59,432 bases of DNA, taken from a virus. Taxonomy: Duplodnaviria > Caudoviricetes. The notes beneath the pieces were generated by a model, which did no database searches, was not told where the DNA came from, and saw nothing but the letters and a program-made list of their open reading frames with translations. Made by a program: the position numbers and the translations under genes. The stretch spans positions 1-59,432 of the IMG/VR virus record IMGVR_UViG_3300020205_002237; one strand, 5' to 3'. Of the stretch, positions 9,401 to 18,927 are shown piece after piece. Every line of letters begins with the position of its first letter. Position 1 is the stretch's first letter.

Positions 9401-10177
9401 TCCACCAAAAAAGGTCTCGGCTGTGCCAACTCGGTCACGCCCAATAAACATAGGCCGATCTACGTCATTAAAATTACCCGAACTAGTAAAAGTTGCTTCT
9501 GCTGTACCATCAATGTAAATTTTTGTACTACTAGCAGCAGTACTGGTACGCACAATGGCAACATGATACCAAGTATCGCGTTTTAATTCCGTAGTAGCAG
9601 TTCCTGAAGTATTAGCTACAGCATCATAAAAACCTAGTCTATAGCTAGAATTAACGAAAACTGTCCAACCTGTTCCCGAACCTACTGCAGCAGTATTGCC
9701 ACGACCCATAATATAGTGTTGAGTAGCATCTTGACGACATAGTTTTACCCAAAACTCAATAGTATACGCACCTGTACCAAGTGCAAGAGTTCCTGTTGGG
9801 TCTTCTACGTATAGGTATCCATCATTATGAAAAGTAGTGCACCAGTCAGTATAGCGTGGACCAAAGTACGTTGGCGACTGTTGGTGATGATATTCTGAAG
9901 GTGTTACAAAGTCGCCCCAGTTGTTGGAACTTTTGTCTTTCATTAACCAGTCACTGTAGCTAAGATCGCTGGTATGAAAACATACTTGGTTGTAATAAGG
10001 ATCCTGCTCATTTGCTTGCCAAGATTCTTTTCGCAAAGTACGATTTGCGGAAACTTTTACTTTGGCTTTTTCTCGTATTCCGTATACTTCTTCAGTACTA
10101 AATACACCTGACGGTCTAATGCTTTCAGGTGTTTTATTATCTGGGCCAATAATGCCGCCGTTTTTTCTTCTAGCCAT
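6410..10177 (-). CDS. multi-LamG (ConA-like lectin) adhesin, about 5 domains
   Basis: Repeated (F/Y/W)T(I/V)E.W/F, W.H.A..R, Y.DG/NG, I.D.RI.K motifs. Confidence 0.85.
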   Translation of the reverse strand: MARRKNGGIIGPDNKTPESIRPSGVFSTEEVYGIREKAKVKVSANRTLRKESWQANEQDPYYNQVCFHTSDLSYSDWLMKDKSSNNWGDFVTPSEYHHQQSPTYFGPRYTDWCTTFHNDGYLYVEDPTGTLALGTGAYTIEFWVKLCRQDATQHYIMGRGNTAAVGSGTGWTVFVNSSYRLGFYDAVANTSGTATTELKRDTWYHVAIVRTSTAASSTKIYIDGTAEATFTSSGNFNDVDRPMFIGRDRVGTAETFFGGKITDIRIKKSAQYSANFSKPTAALDMSGSAYSLSLTSYNNGVNRFTQPQGLNVERYNSVARIIDSPFIDKTTLLQGHGATSINVPYNGHYTKIEDRKPSNTSLQLGSSAFTVECWLYVSNAGGGGITGKAETTGTGWSFYANSNSIVFVDAGTAYTSTTIKNMYQGWHHLCAVRENTSANGFKMYIDGALVHVGTCSTNFTATGPLRLFTTRDNGVNLHGSISCLKLSKTARYTTSSTTVGTVVFTPNLDTVATNDSNTSLLIATMASGKANTDIAQWVNEGTSRTALWRRSSGPRYGQHHPTSRGRGGSYYNYGETNTCAVAKTTQGDFDFGTGDFSIEVWFRPRYEFMTGYGNESWVLFDTRQYFNDTGICLEFISHSKGFYVTTNNTPILSENNVDFAIGQWGHICIQRTSGKLALYVNGRMSREVMFTSTISAPQGRMHLFNGSKSVRNWRTFPAWMADLRIVKGSGAYSNGTNNPDSISVPTKPLTAITNTVLLTLNNSNLRDFSGRNNQIDYPRDDYPNGGNWDVYASNMSPYLPTAPWDPDAEIIGDTSDTSNSFQEASTFTGDGSRQENSYITRMSGPWTIECFMYSQQTNPNGVDSVWSPIYTASTAGHEGWMIRNHYGAGANSYGNVSFGFYTEHNATVQWLNTTDTNPTTFKGHCWNHIAICYDPTKTNKVALFVNGVRKVVQAAFSPGTKTYNTYPLLSGSPNGGVRLSTTARYDNDATTYTVPTSGYVYDQHTHFSQKMSNPVQDSSMASLVWQYGVTPSSDVKKFGNGSLKFTNRDTTLINRMQYAYNYWGVQHMSGQAQDFTVEFWASVWDAASGGQSIPTYRVASHYQNNFQVRVNSSGFWQFVLGESYTDYHLITTDVVAATKTSGTMDHIAYVRRAGNFYCYINGVEKARIWAGNPGTYTTGSLSATDYFNPLYYNIENFKFGTNYNEIQDKSWCGFLQDIRMTMAARYTTKVINGVSTMVHEGTNTPALPTKLLPTW

Positions 10178-10533
10178 TAGTTTACTTCCTCATATACTAC
10201 TGTTATATTTAGAGCTGAGGCAGTGCTAGACAAAATTCTTAAAACGTCACCTTCTTCCATATAAAGAGGGGTGTCTTTGCCTAGGACTACAAGAGTTGAC
10301 TTGGTTGGTACAGTAATACCAAAAGCTAGTGGAAATGAAGTGCTTGATCTAAAAATATCAACCGTTACATCTGCAAAGTCTGTACTTCTGTTAACTGCAA
10401 GTATGCTATTTACTTTTAATACTTTTCCAGATGCGGCAGCGTTAGTAATAATAGCTGTAGCTGAAGTAGTTGCTAGTTGGTGTGCTGATTTAGCTATACA
10501 GACGGTTGCTGTAAATATATTGGGTGCTGCCAT
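10177..10533 (-). CDS. MA(A/N)PN-family connector paralogue 3
   Basis: Aligns by eye with 12304-12675 and 24206-24577 (N.A.SGK..K.N, Y..E, YEE). Confidence 0.75.
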   Translation of the reverse strand: MAAPNIFTATVCIAKSAHQLATTSATAIITNAAASGKVLKVNSILAVNRSTDFADVTVDIFRSSTSFPLAFGITVPTKSTLVVLGKDTPLYMEEGDVLRILSSTASALNITVVYEEVN

Positions 10534-10535
10534 GA

Positions 10536-10841
10536 TTACCCTCCAAAAAATAGATTAACAAAATAAGCTCCGGCTACTCCACCACCTTCGGCAGCTTCTC
10601 CTGCTGGGCCTGTAGGTCCTGTTGGACCTGTGGTGCCGTTAACACCAATAGTACCGTTTGCTCCAGCAGGACCTGTTGGCCCTGCAAGACCGCTTTGACT
10701 TACCCAGGCAGTACCATTTGACATTAGTAAATTACCTGTGGGTCCTGGGCCTGTAACTCCAGTACCACCTTTAGACGGTCCTAGGATACCTTGTGCGCTT
10801 AGGCCTTGTGCTAGCTTACCTAAATATGCTGCTATACTCAT
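10536..10841 (-). CDS. short collagen adapter protein
   Basis: MSIAAYLGKLA..SKGGTG N-terminus, GPT triplets, LFFGG C-terminus. Confidence 0.75.
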   Translation of the reverse strand: MSIAAYLGKLAQGLSAQGILGPSKGGTGVTGPGPTGNLLMSNGTAWVSQSGLAGPTGPAGANGTIGVNGTTGPTGPTGPAGEAAEGGGVAGAYFVNLFFGG

Positions 10842-10875
10842 AGTGTTCCTTTAAATACCTAGGATATATATCCGA

Positions 10876-11118
10876 TTATTGTGCCGACTGTAGTGCGGAT
10901 AGTTGAACTTCTAAAGCTGTTTTATGCAATTGTGCTTTACGTTGTTCTAATTGACTAAAAGCAATTACTCGTAGTATATGTGCTTTATATTCTGTCATAG
11001 TAGCATCGTCTCCAATATTATCAACAACATGTTGGTTTGTTGTAATATCCAATCCATAACGATCTATTTCTTCACTACGTGCTTCAATAGCACTTGTTAA
11101 ATATTCGATCTTATTCAT
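10876..11118 (-). CDS. small helical hypothetical protein
   Basis: AAGGA SD; amphipathic helices; follows propeller-like gene. Confidence 0.65.
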   Translation of the reverse strand: MNKIEYLTSAIEARSEEIDRYGLDITTNQHVVDNIGDDATMTEYKAHILRVIAFSQLEQRKAQLHKTALEVQLSALQSAQ

Positions 11119-11130
11119 TAATTTTCCTTG

Positions 11131-12294
11131 TTAATTTGTTACTGTACCAAAGGCTACAGTATGTGCATTAGCTAAACCTACTGGCATAGTAGTAACACTG
11201 CCAAACCCTGTGGTATTATCCCATGCTAAAGCTACATCTGAACCACCTCCAGTGCTAGCGCTGTTAAATACTAGTAATTTATCGTCAGGAGAGATTTCTA
11301 CATTTGCAGTAGTGCCTCCACTCCAAGTAAATCCGCCTGTATCAGCAAATTTAGCACCTATTCCATTTGTATCGTCCCATTGATAAGCTACTATAGGTAT
11401 TGCATTACTAGTTAAGAAGAATATAACGTTGCCAGCATTGTTCCAAAATATTCTATACGTTGTGCTAAGAGGTGTGCTATAGTTGGCATAACTATACTCA
11501 GCACCATAATAAGTATCAGCGCTCCACCTAAATATTCTGATTCTAGGGTTTCCTGAACCTAGTCCTATACCTATAGCGGCTCCACTAGGACTCCAGGAAA
11601 CATTATACGTATTTCCTCCTGTACTACTAATACTAGCAGGGGTTGGAACACTACCACTACTAGTGCCATCACTATTTATTCTGTATAAGTATACTATACC
11701 ACCACTAGCACTATTTCCGCTGCCATAAAAATTACCGTCTGGGGATATACTTGGGCGCTTATCACCACTGGATGGATAATTGTTAAGATTAGCAGCTTGT
11801 GAAAAAGTACCAAATGTTTTAGCTACTGGATCATATGAAATACTACATAACCTACCTTGAATATCTGAACTCCACCACCATAATCTGTCTGCTATAGGCG
11901 ATGCTTTTAAAGTACTACCTCCTGGTGGATAGGTAATAGTAGGGGTAGCATACGTCGAAACTATGCCACCTGCTTTTGTAAATTCATATCCAATAACATT
12001 TCCACTTGTTGCAAAGAATAAGGCTCTACCAGCTCGGTCCCAGGTACTGCCTCTAAACGCATTAGTTGCAGGAGGTGTATAAGTACTATAAGCAAGAGCA
12101 GAGCCTGTCCATGCAAATAGTAAAGTAGGGCTAGTTTGTTGAGATATATGTAATACTGTGTAAAATTCTTGTGGCCATTTACGTTGAGTTTGATATTGTG
12201 TAATTTGGTTTTGTGTCCACGAACCTTTGCCATTTAAAAAAGTTACTGTAGGAGCAGTAGTTCGGATATATCCACCAGGTCTTGTTAGTGCCAT
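11131..12294 (-). CDS. beta-propeller-like putative receptor-binding protein
   Basis: About 45-aa periodic SISPDG/SWSPSG/FWNNAG/EISPDD blade-like motifs. Confidence 0.6.
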   Translation of the reverse strand: MALTRPGGYIRTTAPTVTFLNGKGSWTQNQITQYQTQRKWPQEFYTVLHISQQTSPTLLFAWTGSALAYSTYTPPATNAFRGSTWDRAGRALFFATSGNVIGYEFTKAGGIVSTYATPTITYPPGGSTLKASPIADRLWWWSSDIQGRLCSISYDPVAKTFGTFSQAANLNNYPSSGDKRPSISPDGNFYGSGNSASGGIVYLYRINSDGTSSGSVPTPASISSTGGNTYNVSWSPSGAAIGIGLGSGNPRIRIFRWSADTYYGAEYSYANYSTPLSTTYRIFWNNAGNVIFFLTSNAIPIVAYQWDDTNGIGAKFADTGGFTWSGGTTANVEISPDDKLLVFNSASTGGGSDVALAWDNTTGFGSVTTMPVGLANAHTVAFGTVTN

Positions 12295-12303
12295 ACATGC
12301 TCC

Positions 12304-12675
12304 TTAACTGATTTCTTCCCAACTAGCTACAATTGTCAAGTAGTTAGCTGAGGCTGCTGTCACGCCAATAGATTGATTTTCTAATAAGTATATAGAGTTT
12401 GATTTATCTATTAACAACATTGCAGCATTAGCAGGAATACCAATTGCATTAACTAATAAATAATTTGTTCCGCCTAGTGCAGCTGCACTGTTAAGGTTAA
12501 TAGTTAAATTTACTGTACTAGTATGACTGTTAGCCGCATTAATTAAGTTGATTTTAAAAATCTTACCGCTTCCTGCGGGATTACTAATTAATTGTGTTGC
12601 TGAAGTAGTTGTTAAACTTACATAACCATTGTTGCCATATAAGTTTGTTGCAGAAGCTATATTTGGATTAGCCAT
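12304..12675 (-). CDS. MA(A/N)PN-family connector paralogue 2
   Basis: Paralogous to 10177-10533 and 24206-24577. Confidence 0.75.
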   Translation of the reverse strand: MANPNIASATNLYGNNGYVSLTTTSATQLISNPAGSGKIFKINLINAANSHTSTVNLTINLNSAAALGGTNYLLVNAIGIPANAAMLLIDKSNSIYLLENQSIGVTAASANYLTIVASWEEIS

Positions 12676-12684
12676 GTATGTTCC

Positions 12685-13065
12685 TTAAATATTTAAAATA
12701 TAGTATTTTAAGCCTCCGCCACCACCGCCCGCTGCAGCGGGACCTGTTGGCCCTGTTATTCCTGCGGGCCCGGTGGGTCCTGTTGCACCGTCAACGCCTA
12801 TTGTACCATTTGTTCCTTGTGGACCTGTGGGCCCAGTAGGACCTGTTGCTCCATCAACACCTATTGTGCCATTTGTTCCTTGAGGGCCTGTTGGACCGGT
12901 AGGGCCCATAGCCCCACCTTGACTTACCCAAGCACTTCCGTTAGAAACTAATACATTTCCGCTAGCACCTGGGCTTGTTACACCTGTGCCACCTTTTGAG
13001 GGGGGCACTACGCCGTCAGCACTAAGCACTGAGGCGAGTTTTGATAAGTATCTTGCTATACCCAT
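12685..13065 (-). CDS. short collagen adapter protein
   Basis: [18 protein letters not shown]-terminus, [12 protein letters not shown] triplets; paralogue of 10536-10841. Confidence 0.75.
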   Translation of the reverse strand: MGIARYLSKLASVLSADGVVPPSKGGTGVTSPGASGNVLVSNGSAWVSQGGAMGPTGPTGPQGTNGTIGVDGATGPTGPTGPQGTNGTIGVDGATGPTGPAGITGPTGPAAAGGGGGGLKYYILNI

Positions 13066-13074
13066 TTGTGATCC

Positions 13075-16000
13075 TTATTTTGTTAACAATGCCGATGAGG
13101 GCGGTGTAAAGTTTGCTGTGTAACGTGCAAAACGGCTAATGCGTAAATCGTCAATATAACCATTTAAAAAGTTAGTTGTGCTGCCCCTAGAACCAACATA
13201 CAGTGGTTTTGTAGCATCACCTAATGTTCCGGAAAAAGTCAGGGGAGTGCCAACAGATACTCCGTCAACATATAATTTTAAAGAAGTTCCATTTCTAACT
13301 CCAGCAATATGATACCAAGTATTAACAACAGGAGTAGGACCAGTGATATATGAATTAGCACTACTAGGATAAAACTGAAACGTACCGTTTGCCGTTTTTA
13401 ATATCATCCAATCTGTACCAACATTAGAAATATAATTACCAACAATATCCACTTCAGTTGATACACTATTAAAATATACCCAAAATTCAACAGTATAATC
13501 TCCCGTATACTGAAAATTAGGACTAGCGGGTATTCTTAAAGTATCACCAGTTCCATCAAAATACATCGAACTTGAGCCGTATTTTTTTACCGCAGTTGAA
13601 ATTCTAGCATCACCCACAGTTTCCAACACAGTTTTACCTGACTTGTCACTAACCGCAGATCTTTCACCATTTATTAGCAAAACAGTGTTAGTACCAGCTT
13701 GAAGTGGTGTTTGTGGTGGTACAAAGTTGCTGGTATAAAGTGCTTGACCTTTGGTAATACGCAGGTCGGTGATAAAACCGCCCCAAGGACTGCCAGTGCC
13801 TTCACCACCAATGTTTAGTGTACCAGCACTATAATCTGTACTGACAGTTGCAGTTGCTACATTTACTCCATTAACATATCCTGTAAGTGTAGTTCCGGTT
13901 CGCACAAATGCTATGTGATTCCAACTATTACTAGGAATAATTGCGCTTACTGCCCACTGATTTGAGGCACCAACCCAAAACTCAAGCCCACCGCTAGCAT
14001 TTACAAATATACGCAGACCACTTCCGCTACTATAAGATATAATAGTATCAAATGTAGTTGAACGTTTGTATATCCAGCACTCAATAGTAAAGTTGCCTGT
14101 ACCTATTAAGTATGCTGGCGATGTTGGCAGTGCTAGGTAATCGCTACCTCCATCAAAGTATGCCGAACCGCCAAAAGTAGTGGGTGTGTAATCTTGTGCG
14201 CTTGAAGTTGTTGACCCAAATGGGTTTTGACGACGTGGTTTTGCATCACCGAACGCATTTACGGTAAATTGATTAGCACTGTTGTCTATTAATGTTGATG
14301 ATTGGCAAGTTAATAGTTGCGTATTTGTAACGGCGGTTAATGGTGTTGTAGGGGGTGTAAAGTTGGTTGTATAAATTGCAGTGCCTTTGACAGCTCGTAC
14401 ATTTGAAAAATATCCAGTATTGTAAGTTGCGCCACCGGGGTTTTTACCAATCCAGACAGCATTACCGCCACAAAGAAAATTAGTACTGTTTGTCACTGAG
14501 CCTGACTGCACACCATTAATAAACATTTTTAAAGTTGTACTACTTCTAGCAACCGCAATGTGATTCCACGCATTTAAAGTTAACGCTATAGATGAAGTTA
14601 TAAATACGGTTACATTATCATTAACAGTGGGTGTTAATCCTGAAGTTTGTTGGTCTATTCTAAAATCACCACTATTAGCTCCAGTACCAAAATATCCGCA
14701 AAATGCAGGTTGCGTTGCTGTGGGGTAAACCCACATTTCAACTGTAAAATCTCCAGTACCAAACGCTAAAGCAGCACTACCTGTAGTTGGATTTAAATAA
14801 TCTCCGTTACCATCAAAATACACACTGTGTGACAGTGGAGTTTGCGTAACCAAGCTAAATGGTGAGAACTTTTGTATGCTTGTGTCACCGACTTTTGTGA
14901 TAGTAAAGTTGTTTATACTGTCATCAATAACACGATTGTTTGCACAGGTTAATAAACTTGTATTTGTGATAGTGGTTAAAGGAGAAGTTGGAACAGTCAA
15001 TGTTGTTAGTGTTGGATCATAAACGGCAGTGCCTTTAACAAGTCTAATATTACTTATGTGCCCACTAAAGAAAATAGCTGCTGATCGTTCTGTACCAATG
15101 AGTATTTGATTAGCTGTATTACTATACGTAGTAGAATTTCCTGTTATTGCAGAAATACGAGTTCCGTTTTGGAATAAGCTTACATTTGTTCCACTTTTAA
15201 CTATTGCTAGATGCACCCATTGGTTGTTAGGAAGAGTAGTGCTTGGAGAGAAAAATAATGTACTGCCAGACACTTCAACATTTACTGAGTTATTAACTAT
15301 TACCATTTGCCAACCTGTAGCGGCACCGCCACCTTTTGCAACAAGACCGGTATAGTTGGTCTGATTTCCAGTTGAGTACACCCACATTTCAATAGTAAAA
15401 TTTCCAACCCATAAATCTAAGGCAGTATTGTGGGGTACGCTTAAATAATCTCCACTACCATCAAAGTAGTTAGACCAATTGGCTCCATATGGACTAAACG
15501 AACCTTGTGTGGTGTTGCCAAAACGTGTGATTGGGCCACTAAGTGTTGAGTTATCAACAAATTGACTATTGTTTGTGGGTTGATGGGTTTGGCAGGTTAG
15601 TAACTGTGTGTTTGTGATGGCTGTTAATGGTTGAGTTGGCGGTGTAAATGCCGCCGTATAAACAGCAGTTCCTTTAACTATACGTGCATTAGAGATATAT
15701 CCTGTTACGTACTCAAAATTACCTGCGCCGTTACGACCAATAGCTACCGTCTCAGTTGAGTCAGTTATTACTAGTGCACCCATGTTTACATCTGGGCCTT
15801 TAACACCGTTAACGTATACGTTTACCATTGCACCATTGCGAACTCCAGCAAGGTGATACCATTGATTAGTTACTAGTGCTGTACCAAAAGTAGAAGTGTA
15901 CATTGATCCACCATAACCTACTGATGCTGTTGGAAATGCTGTACCATTTAAACCAAGTATAAAACTCATTGAGCCTTGACTACCTGCAGCATTACAAGTG

Positions 16001-17850
16001 CCGATGAATACTTGTTGAGCTAGACCTGTTAAATAAACCCAACATTCAATAGTAAAGTCTCCAGCTCCCATTGTAAAAGCCGGATTATCAGGCACGCTTA
16101 AATAATCACCAGTACCATCAAAATGTGCACTACCGTATGCGGCATACGTTGCATTAGGAGTAAACGGTTGAAATCCGCTAACAGCCACATCACCAGTTTT
16201 GGTAAGAACAAATGCATTAGTTGAGTTATCCACAAAACGATTTGACTGGCAAGTTAACAAACTTGTACCACTAATAGCAGTTAGTGGTGCTATAGGCGGT
16301 GTAAAGTTAGCAGTATAAACTGCAGTACCTTTTACAATACGAAGATTGCTTAAATACCCAGTAGTACCATATGATACACCATCATAACCGTTAGCAAACA
16401 AAATAGGTCTGTTTGTTTGAGCAGGATAATTTAGTGTATCTGCATAAGTACTACCAACTTGAGTACCGTTTACATATAGTTTTGTTTGGTTGGTAGACTT
16501 AACTAGCGCTACATGAGTCCATTGTTTTCCAACAACTGCTCCAGCACTGGAAGCAATAAGCACAGTAGCACCCTGATAGGTTACATACCTTATAGTTCCG
16601 TCACTTGTTACGTCAATATAAATTCGGTTTGTTGCCGACGCAACTCCACCAGGATTCGTGTCTAGTATTACAATTGGCAAAGTGCTTGCATAAAACCAAG
16701 TTTCAATCGTAAAGTCAGCAGTTCCAAAGTTTATACAACTACCATTTCCAGTTACCACCAAACTATCACCAGCACCATCTCCATAATATGAGTAATAACC
16801 AGGCGTATAAGGATTAAATTTAGTAGGCTTTGCGTCACCAAAAACTGTTACAGGAAAGTTGTTTGTTGAAGCATCTGTTGCAAAGGGTACTAGGTCATTT
16901 TCTGCATTTAATAACAGTGTGGTCAGCGGAAAGTATGTGTCCGCAGCAATTGAAACAGTCCAAGTAATAGTTTGTTGTGCAGTTTTACCAGTAACTGCAG
17001 CTGTAGCAGTTGCTGTAGTAATAGTTGCGCCAGCCACAGTAGGAGTTCCACTAACGGTTGTACCACTAAGTGTTAAACCTGTGGGCAATGTATCCACAGC
17101 ATAGCTTACAGTTTGACCAGCAGCCGATGTGGCTGCAAGCGTTGTTGTTGAAGCAACATTTTGTGGTAGTGATATGGTATTTGCGCTAGACCAAGAGACC
17201 ACATCTGGGTTAATGGTTAAACTGAACTGTCTGTCCGTGTCTTGATTTTCTGCATCAGTAGCACGAACTGTAAATGTATAAGTTGTAGAACCGCCTACTA
17301 GGGGGCTTGTGCCCGAAATAGTTCCCGAGGCGTTGATTGTAACGCCCGATGGCAATGTGCCTGATACAACTGAATAAGTTACAGCTGAATCGCTGGTAGC
17401 ACTCACAGTTGTAGAAACTGCTGAAGTTTCGTAACCGGTGCCAAGTGTACCTGCAGCTGTTGACCAGGCTGGAACGCCCGAATACTGAATACCAGGCACT
17501 GCAATTGCAGTTGATCCATCTAAGTTAACCACATACAAAATATAGCTACCTGCAGCTAAGGCAGGTGCTGTGAATGTGATTTGTGTTGCACTCACAACTG
17601 TGACAACACTGACTTGGGTTAAATTGATCAGAACCTTAGCACCTGAAGCAAAATTTGTACCTGTTAGGGTAATTGTGGCTCCGCCAGCTGGGTTGGTTGC
17701 GGTATCATCGCCCAAATACCCGATTGCGGAGATTGTGGGAGTACTACTACCTGCTCCTGTTGTGGTACCGGTACCGCCTTTGGCAGCACTTAATATTCCC
17801 TCAGCACTTAAGCCGTCTGATAAATTTACTAGTCGTTGTGCTATGCTCAT
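13075..17850 (-). CDS. IPT/TIG + putative Ig repeats + six LamG domains adhesin
   Basis: GGATITLTGTNF (IPT), LPSGVTINASGTISGT (putative Ig), six S.Y(F)DG.GD.L...FT.E.W repeats. Confidence 0.88.
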   Translation of the reverse strand: MSIAQRLVNLSDGLSAEGILSAAKGGTGTTTGAGSSTPTISAIGYLGDDTATNPAGGATITLTGTNFASGAKVLINLTQVSVVTVVSATQITFTAPALAAGSYILYVVNLDGSTAIAVPGIQYSGVPAWSTAAGTLGTGYETSAVSTTVSATSDSAVTYSVVSGTLPSGVTINASGTISGTSPLVGGSTTYTFTVRATDAENQDTDRQFSLTINPDVVSWSSANTISLPQNVASTTTLAATSAAGQTVSYAVDTLPTGLTLSGTTVSGTPTVAGATITTATATAAVTGKTAQQTITWTVSIAADTYFPLTTLLLNAENDLVPFATDASTNNFPVTVFGDAKPTKFNPYTPGYYSYYGDGAGDSLVVTGNGSCINFGTADFTIETWFYASTLPIVILDTNPGGVASATNRIYIDVTSDGTIRYVTYQGATVLIASSAGAVVGKQWTHVALVKSTNQTKLYVNGTQVGSTYADTLNYPAQTNRPILFANGYDGVSYGTTGYLSNLRIVKGTAVYTANFTPPIAPLTAISGTSLLTCQSNRFVDNSTNAFVLTKTGDVAVSGFQPFTPNATYAAYGSAHFDGTGDYLSVPDNPAFTMGAGDFTIECWVYLTGLAQQVFIGTCNAAGSQGSMSFILGLNGTAFPTASVGYGGSMYTSTFGTALVTNQWYHLAGVRNGAMVNVYVNGVKGPDVNMGALVITDSTETVAIGRNGAGNFEYVTGYISNARIVKGTAVYTAAFTPPTQPLTAITNTQLLTCQTHQPTNNSQFVDNSTLSGPITRFGNTTQGSFSPYGANWSNYFDGSGDYLSVPHNTALDLWVGNFTIEMWVYSTGNQTNYTGLVAKGGGAATGWQMVIVNNSVNVEVSGSTLFFSPSTTLPNNQWVHLAIVKSGTNVSLFQNGTRISAITGNSTTYSNTANQILIGTERSAAIFFSGHISNIRLVKGTAVYDPTLTTLTVPTSPLTTITNTSLLTCANNRVIDDSINNFTITKVGDTSIQKFSPFSLVTQTPLSHSVYFDGNGDYLNPTTGSAALAFGTGDFTVEMWVYPTATQPAFCGYFGTGANSGDFRIDQQTSGLTPTVNDNVTVFITSSIALTLNAWNHIAVARSSTTLKMFINGVQSGSVTNSTNFLCGGNAVWIGKNPGGATYNTGYFSNVRAVKGTAIYTTNFTPPTTPLTAVTNTQLLTCQSSTLIDNSANQFTVNAFGDAKPRRQNPFGSTTSSAQDYTPTTFGGSAYFDGGSDYLALPTSPAYLIGTGNFTIECWIYKRSTTFDTIISYSSGSGLRIFVNASGGLEFWVGASNQWAVSAIIPSNSWNHIAFVRTGTTLTGYVNGVNVATATVSTDYSAGTLNIGGEGTGSPWGGFITDLRITKGQALYTSNFVPPQTPLQAGTNTVLLINGERSAVSDKSGKTVLETVGDARISTAVKKYGSSSMYFDGTGDTLRIPASPNFQYTGDYTVEFWVYFNSVSTEVDIVGNYISNVGTDWMILKTANGTFQFYPSSANSYITGPTPVVNTWYHIAGVRNGTSLKLYVDGVSVGTPLTFSGTLGDATKPLYVGSRGSTTNFLNGYIDDLRISRFARYTANFTPPSSALLTK

Positions 17851-17866
17851 ATTTTAATTCCTTTTA

Positions 17867-18925
17867 TTAGGCTACAAATGAGCCACTTGTGGTAAATACG
17901 TGTGTGGTATAACCATTAGCAGTACTTGCTGTGCCGCCTGTGCCTTTTTGAGCACCTAAATACCGAATGATAACAATACCAGAACCACCAGCTCCGCCTA
18001 TACCACTACCATTACCGCCACCGCCTCCACCACCGCCTGTGTTTGCTGTACCCGCTGTACCGCTTGTAGAGCCGCTACCTCCATTGCCACCGCCGCCAGT
18101 ACCGCCAGTACCGCCTGCAACATCATAGCTACCGCCAGCACCACCGCCTGCATAGTATACAGAAGATCCTGAAAAAGTAGAAATTGTACCTATTCCACCA
18201 TTACCAGTAGAACCAGATGCACCTATGGCTCCAGAACCTCCGCCACCTCCACCTCGATTAGCAATCGCTGTACCACCATCATAACCTTGACCAGCAGTGC
18301 CAGTACCACCAGCACTGCTACTGTGTCCACCGCCACCAGCAGATCCGCCATTAGCACCAGTGGCAGCTTTTGTGCCACCACCTCCGCCGCCTAAGGCAAT
18401 AGCAATAGTGCCTAACGAACTATTAAATCCAGAAGTTCCTCTAGTACCGGTTGGTGTAGTATTAGGTGCGGCTGGGCCTCCGGCACCTACTGTAATTGTT
18501 ATAGGTGTTCCAGGAGCTATTAAATATCCAGTTGATGTTAATAGGCCTCCGGCTCCACCACCACCTGCACCGTCATAACCACCTCCACCACCACCTGCAA
18601 CAACTAAATAATCTATAGTATAAGATCCGCTACTTGAAAATCCAAACCATGACGAATAATTTTCACTATACCACTCAGGATAACCTAAAGTAGTATTCAT
18701 TCTAACCATGCCGGTATTTGGAGATACGGGTCGTTGAGCAGTTGTACCTGCAGGCAAATCAAAATATCCTGTACTGGTATTAGCCTGATCACTTACTGCA
18801 CTAGGGGTAGATGCTCCACCACTTGCTCCTGCTTTGGACCAAGCAGTCCCATTGTAGGTCCAAGTAATTGAATTATATGTATAGGTTTGATTTAGTGTTG
18901 GATTTAAAGGAAATGAAATTGCCAT
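17867..18925 (-). CDS. glycine-rich domain fibre protein
   Basis: MAISFPLNPT N-terminus, DLPAGTTAQRP module, YLVVAGGGGGG...GSGIVIIRY domain. Confidence 0.8.
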   Translation of the reverse strand: MAISFPLNPTLNQTYTYNSITWTYNGTAWSKAGASGGASTPSAVSDQANTSTGYFDLPAGTTAQRPVSPNTGMVRMNTTLGYPEWYSENYSSWFGFSSSGSYTIDYLVVAGGGGGGYDGAGGGGAGGLLTSTGYLIAPGTPITITVGAGGPAAPNTTPTGTRGTSGFNSSLGTIAIALGGGGGGTKAATGANGGSAGGGGHSSSAGGTGTAGQGYDGGTAIANRGGGGGGSGAIGASGSTGNGGIGTISTFSGSSVYYAGGGAGGSYDVAGGTGGTGGGGNGGSGSTSGTAGTANTGGGGGGGGNGSGIGGAGGSGIVIIRYLGAQKGTGGTASTANGYTTHVFTTSGSFVA

Positions 18926-18927
18926 AG